A DNA stretch of 64,000 bases from an uncultured Gammaproteobacteria bacterium (GTDB lineage Bacteria > Pseudomonadota > Gammaproteobacteria > UBA9214), in assembly GCA_963824045.1 (NCBI GenBank), contig CAWGNW010000015.1, positions 150,812 through 214,811 on the forward strand, written 5' to 3'. Shown here one piece after another: positions 38,543 through 47,760 of the stretch; position 1 is the stretch's first letter, and each line of letters begins with the position of its first letter. A program made the translations under genes and the position numbers. The notes beneath the pieces are model-generated. The model saw only the letters and a program-made list of their open reading frames with translations, searched no databases and was not told the origin of the DNA.

Positions 38543-38802
38543 CAGGATCCTCAGATTAATTTATGTATCCCGTCATAGCGAAACAGCGAAACAATCTTTT
38601 GATCCATGGTCATTCCCTTGAAGACTGCCGCGTCACTTCGTTGCCCGGTAACTGCGCCAGGTATTACCCTGCCGACTGCATGGCCCAGGCCAGTCTCTCG
38701 ACCGGTTCCCGGTCTCGCCTTCTCCCTGCAGTCGCCGCACTGACGAATTAATCAGCGGCTCCCTGACACAGCATACAATCCTGTTTGTCGGACCCTGCGT
38801 AA

Positions 38803-39300
38803 ATGGGACGCTATCGCCCGCCAGAGAAAAAATCATCTCCCTATATCACACCCGCGGGCTTTCGCGCGCTGGCGGAAGAACTCGAGGCACTCTGGCAGCG
38901 CCGCACCCGCGTTACCCGTGCGCTTGCGGCCGCAGCCGCGGAAGGCGATCGTTCGGAAAACGCGGAATACATCTACCGCAAGAAGCAACTGCGCGAAATC
39001 GACCGGCGTATTCGCTACCTGCAGAAGCGCCTCCCCGACCTGAAGATCGTTGATTCACACCCGACGGACACGGGGAAGATTTTCTTCGGCGCATCGGTCA
39101 CGCTGGAAGATGATGCGGGCCGCGAAGTTGTGTATCGCATCGTCGGCGCAGACGAGTTCGATCCTGCAAGGGGCTGGATCAGCATCGATGCCCCGCTTGC
39201 CAGGGCACTGCTGGCAAAGACTCTGGACGATGAAATCCGGGTAACCACACCCGGCGGCGAGGCCAGCTACGTCGTTATGGCCATTCATTACACAGACTGA
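38803..39300 (+). CDS. greB: transcription elongation factor GreB
   Basis: [17 protein letters not shown]...[26 protein letters not shown]...[10 protein letters not shown]...[12 protein letters not shown] parallels E. coli GreB, including the basic patch. Confidence 0.92.
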   Translation: MGRYRPPEKKSSPYITPAGFRALAEELEALWQRRTRVTRALAAAAAEGDRSENAEYIYRKKQLREIDRRIRYLQKRLPDLKIVDSHPTDTGKIFFGASVTLEDDAGREVVYRIVGADEFDPARGWISIDAPLARALLAKTLDDEIRVTTPGGEASYVVMAIHYTD

Positions 39301-39361
39301 AACCTCTGCCACGACCGGATTGACTATACTGATGCCGGCTTACCCCGCACACGAGGCAACC

Positions 39362-40657
39362 ATGTCCCTAACCGAACTGCTGGCACCGGCCGGCAACCTC
39401 AGCAACCTGCGCTATGCCCTCGCCTATGGCGCCGATGCCGTCTACGCCGGCATGCCGCGCTACAGCCTGCGGGTACGCAACAACGATTTTCACAAGCTGG
39501 ACAACCTCGCCACCGGCATCCAGGAAACCCACGCCGCCGGCAAACACTTCTACCTCGCCAGCAACGGCCTGCCGCACAACGCGAAAATCAGGACGTTCAT
39601 CCAGGACATGGAACCGGTCATCGAACTCGGGCCGGACGCCCTGATCATGGCCGACCCGGGACTGATCCTGATGGTGCGCGAAAGGTGGCCGGAGATGCCG
39701 ATCCACCTGTCGGTGCAGGCCAATACCATGAACTACGCCAGTGTGCGTTTCTGGCAACAACAGGGCATCAGCCGCATTATCCTGTCGCGTGAACTGTCGC
39801 TGGACCAGATCGAGGAGATTCGCCAGCACTGTCCGGAAATGGAACTGGAGGTCTTTGTGCATGGCGCGCTGTGCATTGCCTACTCCGGGCGCTGCCTGCT
39901 GTCGGGTTATTTCAACCACCGCGACGCCAACCAGGGCACCTGCACCAATGCCTGCCGCTGGGACTACAAGGTCAAGGAAGCGACCCTGGACGAGAATGGT
40001 GATATCAGGAGTGTGGAGGCACCCACCGTGCAACCGGTCTACCTGCTGGAGGAAAGCAGCCGGCCGGGCAGCGCGCTGCCGATCGAGGAAGACGAGCACG
40101 GCACCTACATCATGAATTCCCGGGACCTGCGCGCCCTGCAGCATGTCGAGCGGCTGGTGAAGATCGGCGTGCAGAGTCTCAAGATCGAGGGCCGCACCAA
40201 GTCACACTATTACGTGGCGCGCACCACGCAGATCTATCGCCGGGCAATCGACGATGCCGAGGCCGGACGACCCTTTGATGCCAGCCAGCTCGGCTTGCTG
40301 GAAAACCTGTCCAACCGCGGCTATACCGACGGCTTTCTGCAACGCCACCCGGACCAGGATTACCAGAATTATCTGGAAAGCCAGTCATCCAGCTGCAGGC
40401 AGCGTTTCGTCGGCGCGCTGACCGGCTACGACCGTGCCAGCGGCATGGCCAGCATCGACGTCAGGAATCACTTTGCCGTCGGTGATGAACTGGAACTGAT
40501 CCTGCCCGCCGGTAACCGGACCTTTCGCCTCGAACAGATGCGCGACATGGATGGCAACCCCGTGACAGTGGCACCCGGCAGCGGCTATCACGTGCAGATC
40601 CCGCTGGATGAAACTGCCATCGAGATGGGGCTGCTGGCCTGCAAGCTGCAGTCCTGA
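39362..40657 (+). CDS. yegQ: U32-family peptidase YegQ/TrhP (tRNA hydroxylation)
   Basis: MSLTELLAPAGNLSNLRYALAYGADAVYAGMPRYSLRVRNN...VHGALCIAYSGRCLLSGYFNHRDANQGTCTNACRW is almost collinear with E. coli YegQ. ATG at 39362 is preferred to 39320. Confidence 0.93.
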   Translation: MSLTELLAPAGNLSNLRYALAYGADAVYAGMPRYSLRVRNNDFHKLDNLATGIQETHAAGKHFYLASNGLPHNAKIRTFIQDMEPVIELGPDALIMADPGLILMVRERWPEMPIHLSVQANTMNYASVRFWQQQGISRIILSRELSLDQIEEIRQHCPEMELEVFVHGALCIAYSGRCLLSGYFNHRDANQGTCTNACRWDYKVKEATLDENGDIRSVEAPTVQPVYLLEESSRPGSALPIEEDEHGTYIMNSRDLRALQHVERLVKIGVQSLKIEGRTKSHYYVARTTQIYRRAIDDAEAGRPFDASQLGLLENLSNRGYTDGFLQRHPDQDYQNYLESQSSSCRQRFVGALTGYDRASGMASIDVRNHFAVGDELELILPAGNRTFRLEQMRDMDGNPVTVAPGSGYHVQIPLDETAIEMGLLACKLQS

Positions 40658-40734
40658 GTGCCACAACCAGGCATTTTCACCCGCTCACGTCATCCGCATG
40701 CAGGCAGCGCGGGCACCCCCGCCCGCGACGCACT

Positions 40735-41106
40735 TCAATCGGGAGGGTCGCTGAACCTGACACAGCAATTGTTATTGGCAAACAGCATAAACGCGGCCTC
40801 AACTGCGATGACAGCCAGGAACAGCAGGTACCAGGGAAGCGATACCGAGTTCTGGTGATAGATGGCGATATACAGCGCGGCAAGGAGCAGCAGGGAAAAA
40901 AGAATTTTCAGGGAACAGGCGATTGGACAGTTCCTGGCCCGCCTCATGAGAAGAACGACTAGATCCGGCATACCAACCTCCACGTGCAAACCGCAATGCC
41001 CTCCCGGGTTCGGCAGGGTACAGCCTTGCACTGTCATGGTGACAACCCGGACATCACAAAGGGTTCTGACATCCCGGTTGTTCACCTGAATGGAGGCAGA
41101 CTCCAT
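40735..41106 (-). CDS. hypothetical membrane protein (uncertain)
   Basis: The ORF has two C-terminal TM helices (ILFSLLLLAALYIAIY, WYLLFLAVIAVEAAFMLF) and moderate GC3. No SD and no recognisable family. Confidence 0.3.
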   Translation of the reverse strand: MESASIQVNNRDVRTLCDVRVVTMTVQGCTLPNPGGHCGLHVEVGMPDLVVLLMRRARNCPIACSLKILFSLLLLAALYIAIYHQNSVSLPWYLLFLAVIAVEAAFMLFANNNCCVRFSDPPD

Positions 41107-41427
41107 GCCAAATTTAGAATCTTTCCAGATCAAGCGCTTGCAGCCTGAGTATCACGCGGGTACGCACTTCCATGATGCAGACAGGCAGCACCACGCCTGC
41201 AGTCGGCGCGGTGTGGCCGCAATTTCGGGGTGATACGCACCCCGGGGCAGCCATCAACCGCTGTGTGCGGTTTTCTTGATTCGCATCAATTACCAGTGCT
41301 GCCAGAAACGATAACTTCCCCTGTTACAGCCACAGTGCAAGGCGTTGCCCGTGCAGGACGGCCGGGCGCTGCACTGTCCGCCGCGCACACCCGTTGCACT
41401 TCCGCAAAAACAGGCTATCGATTGCGT

Positions 41428-43500
41428 ATGTTTTTCAAGAATTCGCTCTTCACAGTCATTATCGTGGCGGCATTCTTCGGGGCCGTGGAGGTCGTCCTTG
41501 CCGTCGCCGGCGTGCGCCCGCTGCTGCTCACCGAGGACCCCTTCGTCGGCTTCGCCGACAACGTGCCCCAGTTCGTCCCCGACATCCGCCCCGACGGCAC
41601 CTCCATCCTCAGAACCGCCAATAACAAGCGCGGCCTGTTCAATTACCAGGAGTTCCCTCTCCACAAGGACGACAACAGCTACCGCATCTTCTGCATGGGC
41701 GGCTCCACCACCTACGGCCGACCCTACTTCGATGAGGTCTCCTTCTGCGGCTGGCTGCGCGCCTACCTGCAGGCCGCCGAACCCGAACGCCACTGGGAGG
41801 TCATCAACGCCGGCGGCATCAGCTTCGCCAGCTACCGCGTCACCCGCCTGATGAACGAGCTCAAGCAGTACCAGCCCGACCTCTTCATCGTCTATTCCGG
41901 ACAGAACGAATTCCTCGAGCAGCGCTCCTACGGCGGCCTCATCGACCAGCCCGACTGGCTCATCAACCTCAACGCCTCCCTCAGCGGCACCCGGGTCTAT
42001 ACCGCCCTGACAGAGCTGATCGAGGCCGTGCGGCCCGACTCGCTCAAACAGGCCACGGCCCGCAGCCAGCTCAGCGGCGAGGTCGACGAGATCCTCAACC
42101 ACACCATCGGGCCGCAGAGCTACCAGCGCGACGACACCCTGAAGCAGCACATCCTCACCCACTACCGCCTCAACCTGCTGCGCATGGTCAGGATCGCGCA
42201 GAGCGTCGATGCCGGCATCCTGTTCGTGCAGCCCGCAATCAACCTCAAGGACATGTCGCCCTTCAAGAGCGCGCACCGGGAGGGGCTGGACGAAGCGGCG
42301 CTCGCGCAATGGGAGGACCTGTATGCGCGCGCCGGAGAACGCGCGGGCGCGGGCGATGCCGCCGCGGCACTGGCGCTGTATCGCCAGGCGCTGGCGATCG
42401 ATGATCGCTATGCCGAGCTGCATTACCGGATGGGCCAGGCGCTGTTCAGCCTGCAACGCTACGCGGAGTCGGAGCAGGCCTTCCAGCGGGCGGTGGAGGA
42501 AGACATTGCGCCGCTGCGCATGCTGGGCGCGATGCAGCGCGACGTGGCGGAGGTGGCGGCAGCGGAAGGGGTGCCGCTGGTGGATTTCCCGGAGATCCTG
42601 CGCCAGGCCTACCGCAGGCAATACCCGTATACGGTCTTCGGCAAGGAGTATTTTGTCGACCACGTGCATACCAGCATGGAAGGCTACCGCCTGCTGGGGC
42701 TGGCGCTGTTCGACGAACTGCAGCAGGAGGGCGTGGTCACCCCCGACGCCGGCTGGAACAGCACACGCCGCGAGGCCGTCGAACAGCAGCTGATCGCCAG
42801 CCTCGACCCAAGGGATGCAGGCGGCGCCCTGCTGAACCTGGGAAAGGTGCTCGAATGGGCCGGCAAGTTCGAGGAGGCCTACGACGCATTCAAGCGGTCA
42901 ATTGAAATCCTGGGACCCAGCCCGACGCTCTATGACCGGCTCGCAAGGACTTCCTACGCCCTGAACAGGCGTGACGAAACCCTGCACTACCTGCAAGAGT
43001 CCCTGAAACTCGATCCCGAAATACCCGGCGTCCATGCCAAGCTCGCAACGATCCTGGCAAAACAGGGGAAAACGGACGAGGCGATCCGGCATTCCCTCGC
43101 CGAGCTTGAGCTGACGCCTGACAATTTTGTCGTACATACCGGACTCGCGAAACTGTACGAAAAGCAGGGCAATGACGCCGCCGCACTGGAGCACTATGAA
43201 AAAGCACTGCAACTGAAGCCGGATTTTGAATTCGTCCGGATAAAGCTGGCGTACCTCATGATCAGGCTCGGGCGTTATGAAGAGGCCGAGACATACAGCC
43301 AGGAAGCGCTGCGAGACAACCCGCAACAATACCGCGCACACACGGCGCTCGGCCTGATCCTGAAACAGCAGGGGGATTACCGGCAGGCCATCGAGCATTT
43401 CTCGGCGGCCCTGCAACTGGAACCGGGCGACAGCACCGCGCAGCAGAACCTGCGGGAATTGCAGGCACGGGAAAAAGCCGGCAGCAGTCTCAAATCCTGA
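41428..43500 (+). CDS. membrane-anchored SGNH/GDSL-like hydrolase-domain protein with C-terminal TPR repeats (paralogue 2, 690 aa)
   Basis: ATG at 41428 aligns with ATG 742 of paralogue 1. The 66 upstream in-frame codons of the track ORF have no counterpart in paralogue 1. Same TM anchor and FCMGGSTTYG motif, with one additional TPR unit. Confidence 0.85.
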   Translation: MFFKNSLFTVIIVAAFFGAVEVVLAVAGVRPLLLTEDPFVGFADNVPQFVPDIRPDGTSILRTANNKRGLFNYQEFPLHKDDNSYRIFCMGGSTTYGRPYFDEVSFCGWLRAYLQAAEPERHWEVINAGGISFASYRVTRLMNELKQYQPDLFIVYSGQNEFLEQRSYGGLIDQPDWLINLNASLSGTRVYTALTELIEAVRPDSLKQATARSQLSGEVDEILNHTIGPQSYQRDDTLKQHILTHYRLNLLRMVRIAQSVDAGILFVQPAINLKDMSPFKSAHREGLDEAALAQWEDLYARAGERAGAGDAAAALALYRQALAIDDRYAELHYRMGQALFSLQRYAESEQAFQRAVEEDIAPLRMLGAMQRDVAEVAAAEGVPLVDFPEILRQAYRRQYPYTVFGKEYFVDHVHTSMEGYRLLGLALFDELQQEGVVTPDAGWNSTRREAVEQQLIASLDPRDAGGALLNLGKVLEWAGKFEEAYDAFKRSIEILGPSPTLYDRLARTSYALNRRDETLHYLQESLKLDPEIPGVHAKLATILAKQGKTDEAIRHSLAELELTPDNFVVHTGLAKLYEKQGNDAAALEHYEKALQLKPDFEFVRIKLAYLMIRLGRYEEAETYSQEALRDNPQQYRAHTALGLILKQQGDYRQAIEHFSAALQLEPGDSTAQQNLRELQAREKAGSSLKS

Positions 43501-43831
43501 GCTGACCTGACACCAGGAACAAGGCGCCCGCGGCGCAGGATAATGGCCGGCTCCCGCGGGAATGAACCGCGGTCAGCGCGATACGTGCCAGTCGCAGGGA
43601 CTATCAACATGGCATCCCCCGGCAATGACCTTCACTCCACGGTATCCCGTATTGCAATCCCCACCGTCTGCTGGCACTGCCAGGCCTGCTGCGATTATCC
43701 CGGCGTGGAGCCCGCCATGACTTGCGACGCCTCCCTGCCAGAACACCGCCGGCGGTTTGCCGGCAGACATCCGATGGCGCAAACTGTCCGTCACCGAACA
43801 ACCACCTCCCGGCTTACCGGCTGACGCGTCC

Positions 43832-44176
43832 ATGTCGCAACAGAATGACTTCCTCAAGGACCTGATCCTGCTGCGCAATGATCCGGAACTGGCCGAGCGC
43901 GTCCTGCATGAAGCCCGTAGCGGCAACGTGGATGCACAATACGCGATGGGAATGATCTTCGCCGAGGGACGCGGTGTGCCGCTCGACCTGGTGAAGGCCT
44001 TCGCCTGGTTGACCGTGGCGGTGCTGCAGGGTGACCGCGATGCCGTGACATTACGCAATATTGTCGGCTCGCAGATGTCGGATGAGGAATTCGAAGCGGG
44101 AAAATGCTGTGCTGCGGACTATGAAGCAATGTTGCGGCACTCACCTGCAACCACCACTCCCGGACGGTGGAACTGA
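43832..44176 (+). CDS. Sel1-like repeat (SLR) protein
   Basis: GNVDAQYAMGMIFAEGRGVPLDLVKAFAWLTVAVLQGDRDA is a canonical Sel1 repeat. ATG at 43832 chosen within the longer track ORF. Confidence 0.7.
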   Translation: MSQQNDFLKDLILLRNDPELAERVLHEARSGNVDAQYAMGMIFAEGRGVPLDLVKAFAWLTVAVLQGDRDAVTLRNIVGSQMSDEEFEAGKCCAADYEAMLRHSPATTTPGRWN

Positions 44177-44249
44177 CCAGCGGTTTTCAGGCAAGCCCGG
44201 GGCGCCGGCTGCAGACGGACCCTGGCCACCGGGGGAAGCGCCGGTCGTT

Positions 44250-46076
44250 TCAGGGTTGTGCACCAGTGGAAACCGCGGGGCTGTCGCTGCGCCGCAGTTG
44301 CTTGCGGGTGAACTGCTGCCCGATAAACAGGTCGTCGTTGACGACCAGCACATCCTGCAGCCAGCGCGTTGAAGCCTGGCAGGCCGTGGAATACGGCGGT
44401 TCCTTGCACACCTCGACAGTGCCGTCAGCGAGCACATCGAGGTGCAGGCCGGGCAAGGGCCGTACCCGCATGCCGTCAGGTGACCGGGTGTAATCCATGA
44501 TATTGGGGCCGTTCAGGTGCAGCAGTTCCAGGAGCAGCGCCGGTATTTCGTAGATGGGAAGATTGCCGGTCTTTACCGGACCGTGCCGGCCGTCGATGAC
44601 GATCAGCGGGGTGCTGACATAGAACCCGAACATGTCGGCACTGAAATCGCTGCGTTTCGATGCCAGCACACCGGAATCCACGTAGCCCGCGAAATTCTCC
44701 CCCATGAATGGCAGGTGGTCGCCGAACACCACGATAATGGCTTCGGGGTCCTGCGCCTGCAGCTGTTCCAGGAACGCCATCAGCTCACGTGACTTGTAAT
44801 ACACCGTGTTGGCATAGCTGCCGACTTCCTCGACAGCGGAAGTGGCGGTGATCACATTCGGGCGGGCATCGTTCAGCGGATAGTTCCAGTGTCCGAAATA
44901 GGTCACGATATAATCGAGCAGCGGTTGCCTGCCGACAGACGGATCCGATATTTTCTCCAGTACCTGACGGTACAGCGAGGCATCGGAAAGGAAATTCCGG
45001 TTCATGTCGTCGAGCAGAAAATCCGTCTTTGACCAGTATGTCTGGAAGCCCATGCGCCGGTAGGCATTAACACGGTTCCAGAACACCGGGACGTTGGGGT
45101 GCGATGCCACGGTGAAATAGCCCTGCCCGGCCAGCAGGTGCGGCAGGCAGGGCACGTCGTTCAGCAGCTGGCGCTCGAACTTGACGTTGTCCTCGACCAC
45201 CGGGAAACCGCAGAGGATTTCGAACTCGGCGTTCGCGGTATAACCGCCGAATACCGGGCTCATGGCATGCGCATAACCGGTCCGTTTCCAGAGGCGGCGG
45301 AACGCGGGTGACAGCGGGTCCTGGTTGTAGCCGGCCTTTTTCAGCAGTGCCGGATCCCAGAACGATTCGAGCAGTATGATGTGTACATTGCGCGGCGTGA
45401 AGCTGCCGTCCGCGGCGGTGTTCTCCGCCGCAGGCTCACCGAGGTTTGCCGCGGCGGACAGCGCCAGATCCCGGTCCGGCGGTATATGGGCGTCGGCGAA
45501 ATAGCGCGCGCCTTCCTGCAGGCTGTAGAGCGTGGCACCGCGATACAGGTAATTGGAACGCTGGTCCCAGACCGAATTGCCGAAGTGCCGGTCCAGCGGT
45601 TTCAGGATGGCCGCGGGTTTGTACACCAGGGTTATGCCGAACAGGATCACCAGCATACTGGCAAGGTAGGCACTCCAGTGACGCAGGGTAAAGTTGAACA
45701 GCAGCAGTGCGGCAATCGCCGCCAGCGGCAGCGCCGCCGCGATAAAGTGCCAGCCGTCCAGGACCAGCAGCAGCGAACGCAGGGCATAGACGTCATCGGG
45801 CATGATCGGCCCGCCGAAGAACGAAATCTTCACGGCGTTGCCGACGTAGAGCACGCCCATCAGCAGCCCCTGCAACACGACGAAGACCCAGAGCCGTCGC
45901 GACAGGGCATACAGGATATAGGCGACAAGCAATTGCAGGAGGTAGTCAAACGGCACTGCCGACGGCTTGATCTGCACCTCGAACTGCAGGCTGCTGATCA
46001 GGTAATAAAGCGCATAGAACACTGCCGTGGAAACGACCGGCAGGAGCTTTTGCAGCACGGTTCTCGGTATTTGCAT
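44250..46076 (-). CDS. LTA-synthase/sulfatase-family transferase (phosphoglycerol or phosphoethanolamine transferase-like)
   Basis: The N-terminal 5-TM module is followed by an extracytoplasmic alkaline-phosphatase-superfamily domain (NVHIILLESFWDP ... GGYTANAEFEILCGFP ... VFGDHLP). Confidence 0.85.
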   Translation of the reverse strand: MQIPRTVLQKLLPVVSTAVFYALYYLISSLQFEVQIKPSAVPFDYLLQLLVAYILYALSRRLWVFVVLQGLLMGVLYVGNAVKISFFGGPIMPDDVYALRSLLLVLDGWHFIAAALPLAAIAALLLFNFTLRHWSAYLASMLVILFGITLVYKPAAILKPLDRHFGNSVWDQRSNYLYRGATLYSLQEGARYFADAHIPPDRDLALSAAANLGEPAAENTAADGSFTPRNVHIILLESFWDPALLKKAGYNQDPLSPAFRRLWKRTGYAHAMSPVFGGYTANAEFEILCGFPVVEDNVKFERQLLNDVPCLPHLLAGQGYFTVASHPNVPVFWNRVNAYRRMGFQTYWSKTDFLLDDMNRNFLSDASLYRQVLEKISDPSVGRQPLLDYIVTYFGHWNYPLNDARPNVITATSAVEEVGSYANTVYYKSRELMAFLEQLQAQDPEAIIVVFGDHLPFMGENFAGYVDSGVLASKRSDFSADMFGFYVSTPLIVIDGRHGPVKTGNLPIYEIPALLLELLHLNGPNIMDYTRSPDGMRVRPLPGLHLDVLADGTVEVCKEPPYSTACQASTRWLQDVLVVNDDLFIGQQFTRKQLRRSDSPAVSTGAQP

Positions 46077-46248
46077 CGCAGGGTCCGCGGAAGGCTGAGT
46101 CCGGGACTCATGATAACCGAGAACGGGACGCCGGTAACGGCCGCTGCGGGCATTCCATGACTTGTCCGGCCGGCACGCTCCGGCAGCGCCTCGTCAGGAC
46201 ACCGGCATCGCGCGCGCCGGCTTGATCCGGATGGTTACAGCAACAGCG

Positions 46249-46665
46249 TCAGTCGACTCCGACCTTCCCGCGCAGCAGCTTGGCCCTGGCGTGCCGGGCC
46301 TTCTGTTCCAGGCGGCGCTGTTTGGCGGCAGCGCTCACACGGGTCGGGATACGCTGCTTGCGATGCTGCAGCGCGCGCCTTACCAGCGTCTGCAGGCGTT
46401 GCACTGCCGCCTCGCGGTTCTTTTCCTGGCTGCGGTGTTCCTGCGACTTGATGACAATAACGCCGTCGCGGGTAATGCGATGATCCGGCAAAGCCAGCAG
46501 ACGCTGCTTGCAGTCGTCGGGCAAGGAAGACGCCTTGATCGCGAAACGCAGGTGGACGGCGCTTGCCACCTTGTTGACATTCTGCCCACCTGCCCCGCTG
46601 GCGCGCACCGCGGTGATCTCTATCTCATCCTGGGGTATGGCGATATACGGCGTGATTCTAGGCAT
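46249..46665 (-). CDS. arfB: alternative ribosome-rescue factor ArfB (YaeJ), peptidyl-tRNA hydrolase
   Basis: IEITAVRASGAGGQNVNKVASAVHLRF (GGQ motif) plus a basic C-terminal tail. ATG at 46665. Confidence 0.92.
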   Translation of the reverse strand: MPRITPYIAIPQDEIEITAVRASGAGGQNVNKVASAVHLRFAIKASSLPDDCKQRLLALPDHRITRDGVIVIKSQEHRSQEKNREAAVQRLQTLVRRALQHRKQRIPTRVSAAAKQRRLEQKARHARAKLLRGKVGVD

Positions 46666-46821
46666 GGGCAGGGTTTCGCAAGGCGGTGCAGCAAGTCTGC
46701 CTGCCGCACCGGGCATTTGTCCACCGCAGGACAAACCGGCCCTGCCGCCACAGGTCCATACACGACGTATTAATTGAACCCGCGGGAACGGTACCCTCCG
46801 GCGCAAAAGCTTGAGGAGGGC

Positions 46822-46930
46822 TTCGCGGTCAGTGCCCAGGATGCACCTGTAGAGCGCCGCCCTCCGGCGCGATTGCTTGAAACGACTTTGAGTTCAGTGC
46901 CCAAAAAACGGGTCTAACGCGACCGCCCTT
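46822..46930. repeat. REP-A composite copy
   Basis: CACCTGTAGAGCGCCGCCCTCCGGCGCGATTGC at 46844-46876 is flanked by GGTCAGTGCCCAGG and GTTCAGTGCCCAAAAAACGGGTCTAA. Both flanks resemble 35888-35920. Confidence 0.6.
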
Positions 46931-46937
46931 GCACGAA

Positions 46938-47372
46938 CTAGAGATGCGCCTGCACCCAGCGAACAATATCAGCCGCACCCATGGCACCCGGCTGGCGTGC
47001 GACCTCCCGGCCATTGCGAAACAGGACCAGCGTCGGAATGCTGCGGATACCGTACTCACCCGCGATGGCCTGTGCCTCCTCGGTATTGAGCTTCGCCAGT
47101 CTCACCTGCGGCTCCAGCCGGACTGCGGCCTGCTCAAACGCCGGCGCCATCATCTTGCAGGGCCCACACCACGGCGCCCAGAAGTCGACCACGACGGGAA
47201 TGTCATTGCGGTCGACGTGCTGCCGGAAACTGCCATCCTGCAATGCCACAGGATGCGCCGTGAACAGGGGCTGCTTGCACTTGCCGCAGCGCGGGGCATC
47301 GGCGAGGCGCGCCGCGGGGATACGATTGACCGCCATGCAGTGAGGGCAGACGATATGCTTTGAATCACTCAT
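46938..47372 (-). CDS. trxC: thioredoxin 2 (TrxC) with N-terminal zinc finger
   Basis: CPHC...CGKC zinc-binding N-terminus plus the WAPWCGPCK active site. Collinear with E. coli TrxC. Confidence 0.94.
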   Translation of the reverse strand: MSDSKHIVCPHCMAVNRIPAARLADAPRCGKCKQPLFTAHPVALQDGSFRQHVDRNDIPVVVDFWAPWCGPCKMMAPAFEQAAVRLEPQVRLAKLNTEEAQAIAGEYGIRSIPTLVLFRNGREVARQPGAMGAADIVRWVQAHL

Positions 47373-47522
47373 GGTTAACTCGCAATTCAGAATGGAAACC
47401 GTTGGCCGCTGGCGTCAGGGAAACTGCCTGTCCGCTCGCCACCTGCCTTTACGAGGTGGAGGCAAGGGGGGACAATTTCAATAGCAGGCCAGGCTGGAAC
47501 GCCGCCACGGGATGGCCGGGCC

Positions 47523-47708
47523 TCAGTGGGCGGCGGTTTTCGTGGCACCACACCGGCTGCAGCGGTACAGGGTCACCAGACGCCCCTGCTTGCTGTCGAA
47601 ACGGCTGTCTGTTGCAACCGTCCATTTGTGGAATCCGCGCAGGCACAGGGTCTTGCCCTGCACCAGCTGTCCGGCCGAGGGCTTTTTGAAACGGATTACT
47701 TCACCCAC
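47523..47708 (-). CDS. small Cys-pair protein (61 aa, zinc-ribbon-like), hypothetical
   Basis: GTG start with AGGAGAGGAG SD 6 nt upstream. ...LCLRGFHKW...LYRCSRCG. Lies 52 nt downstream of the 1207-aa gene. Confidence 0.65.
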   Translation of the reverse strand: MGEVIRFKKPSAGQLVQGKTLCLRGFHKWTVATDSRFDSKQGRLVTLYRCSRCGATKTAAH

Positions 47709-47760
47709 GACGGCTCCTCTCCTTTGGCGACCTGCACCGTCAGATCTGCGCGGCGCATGC

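Noticed and set aside
41230-41427. 66-codon N-terminal extension of paralogue 2 in the ORF track.
   Set aside because: It has no counterpart in paralogue 1. Homology between the loci starts ~12 nt before ATG 41428, which aligns with ATG 742.
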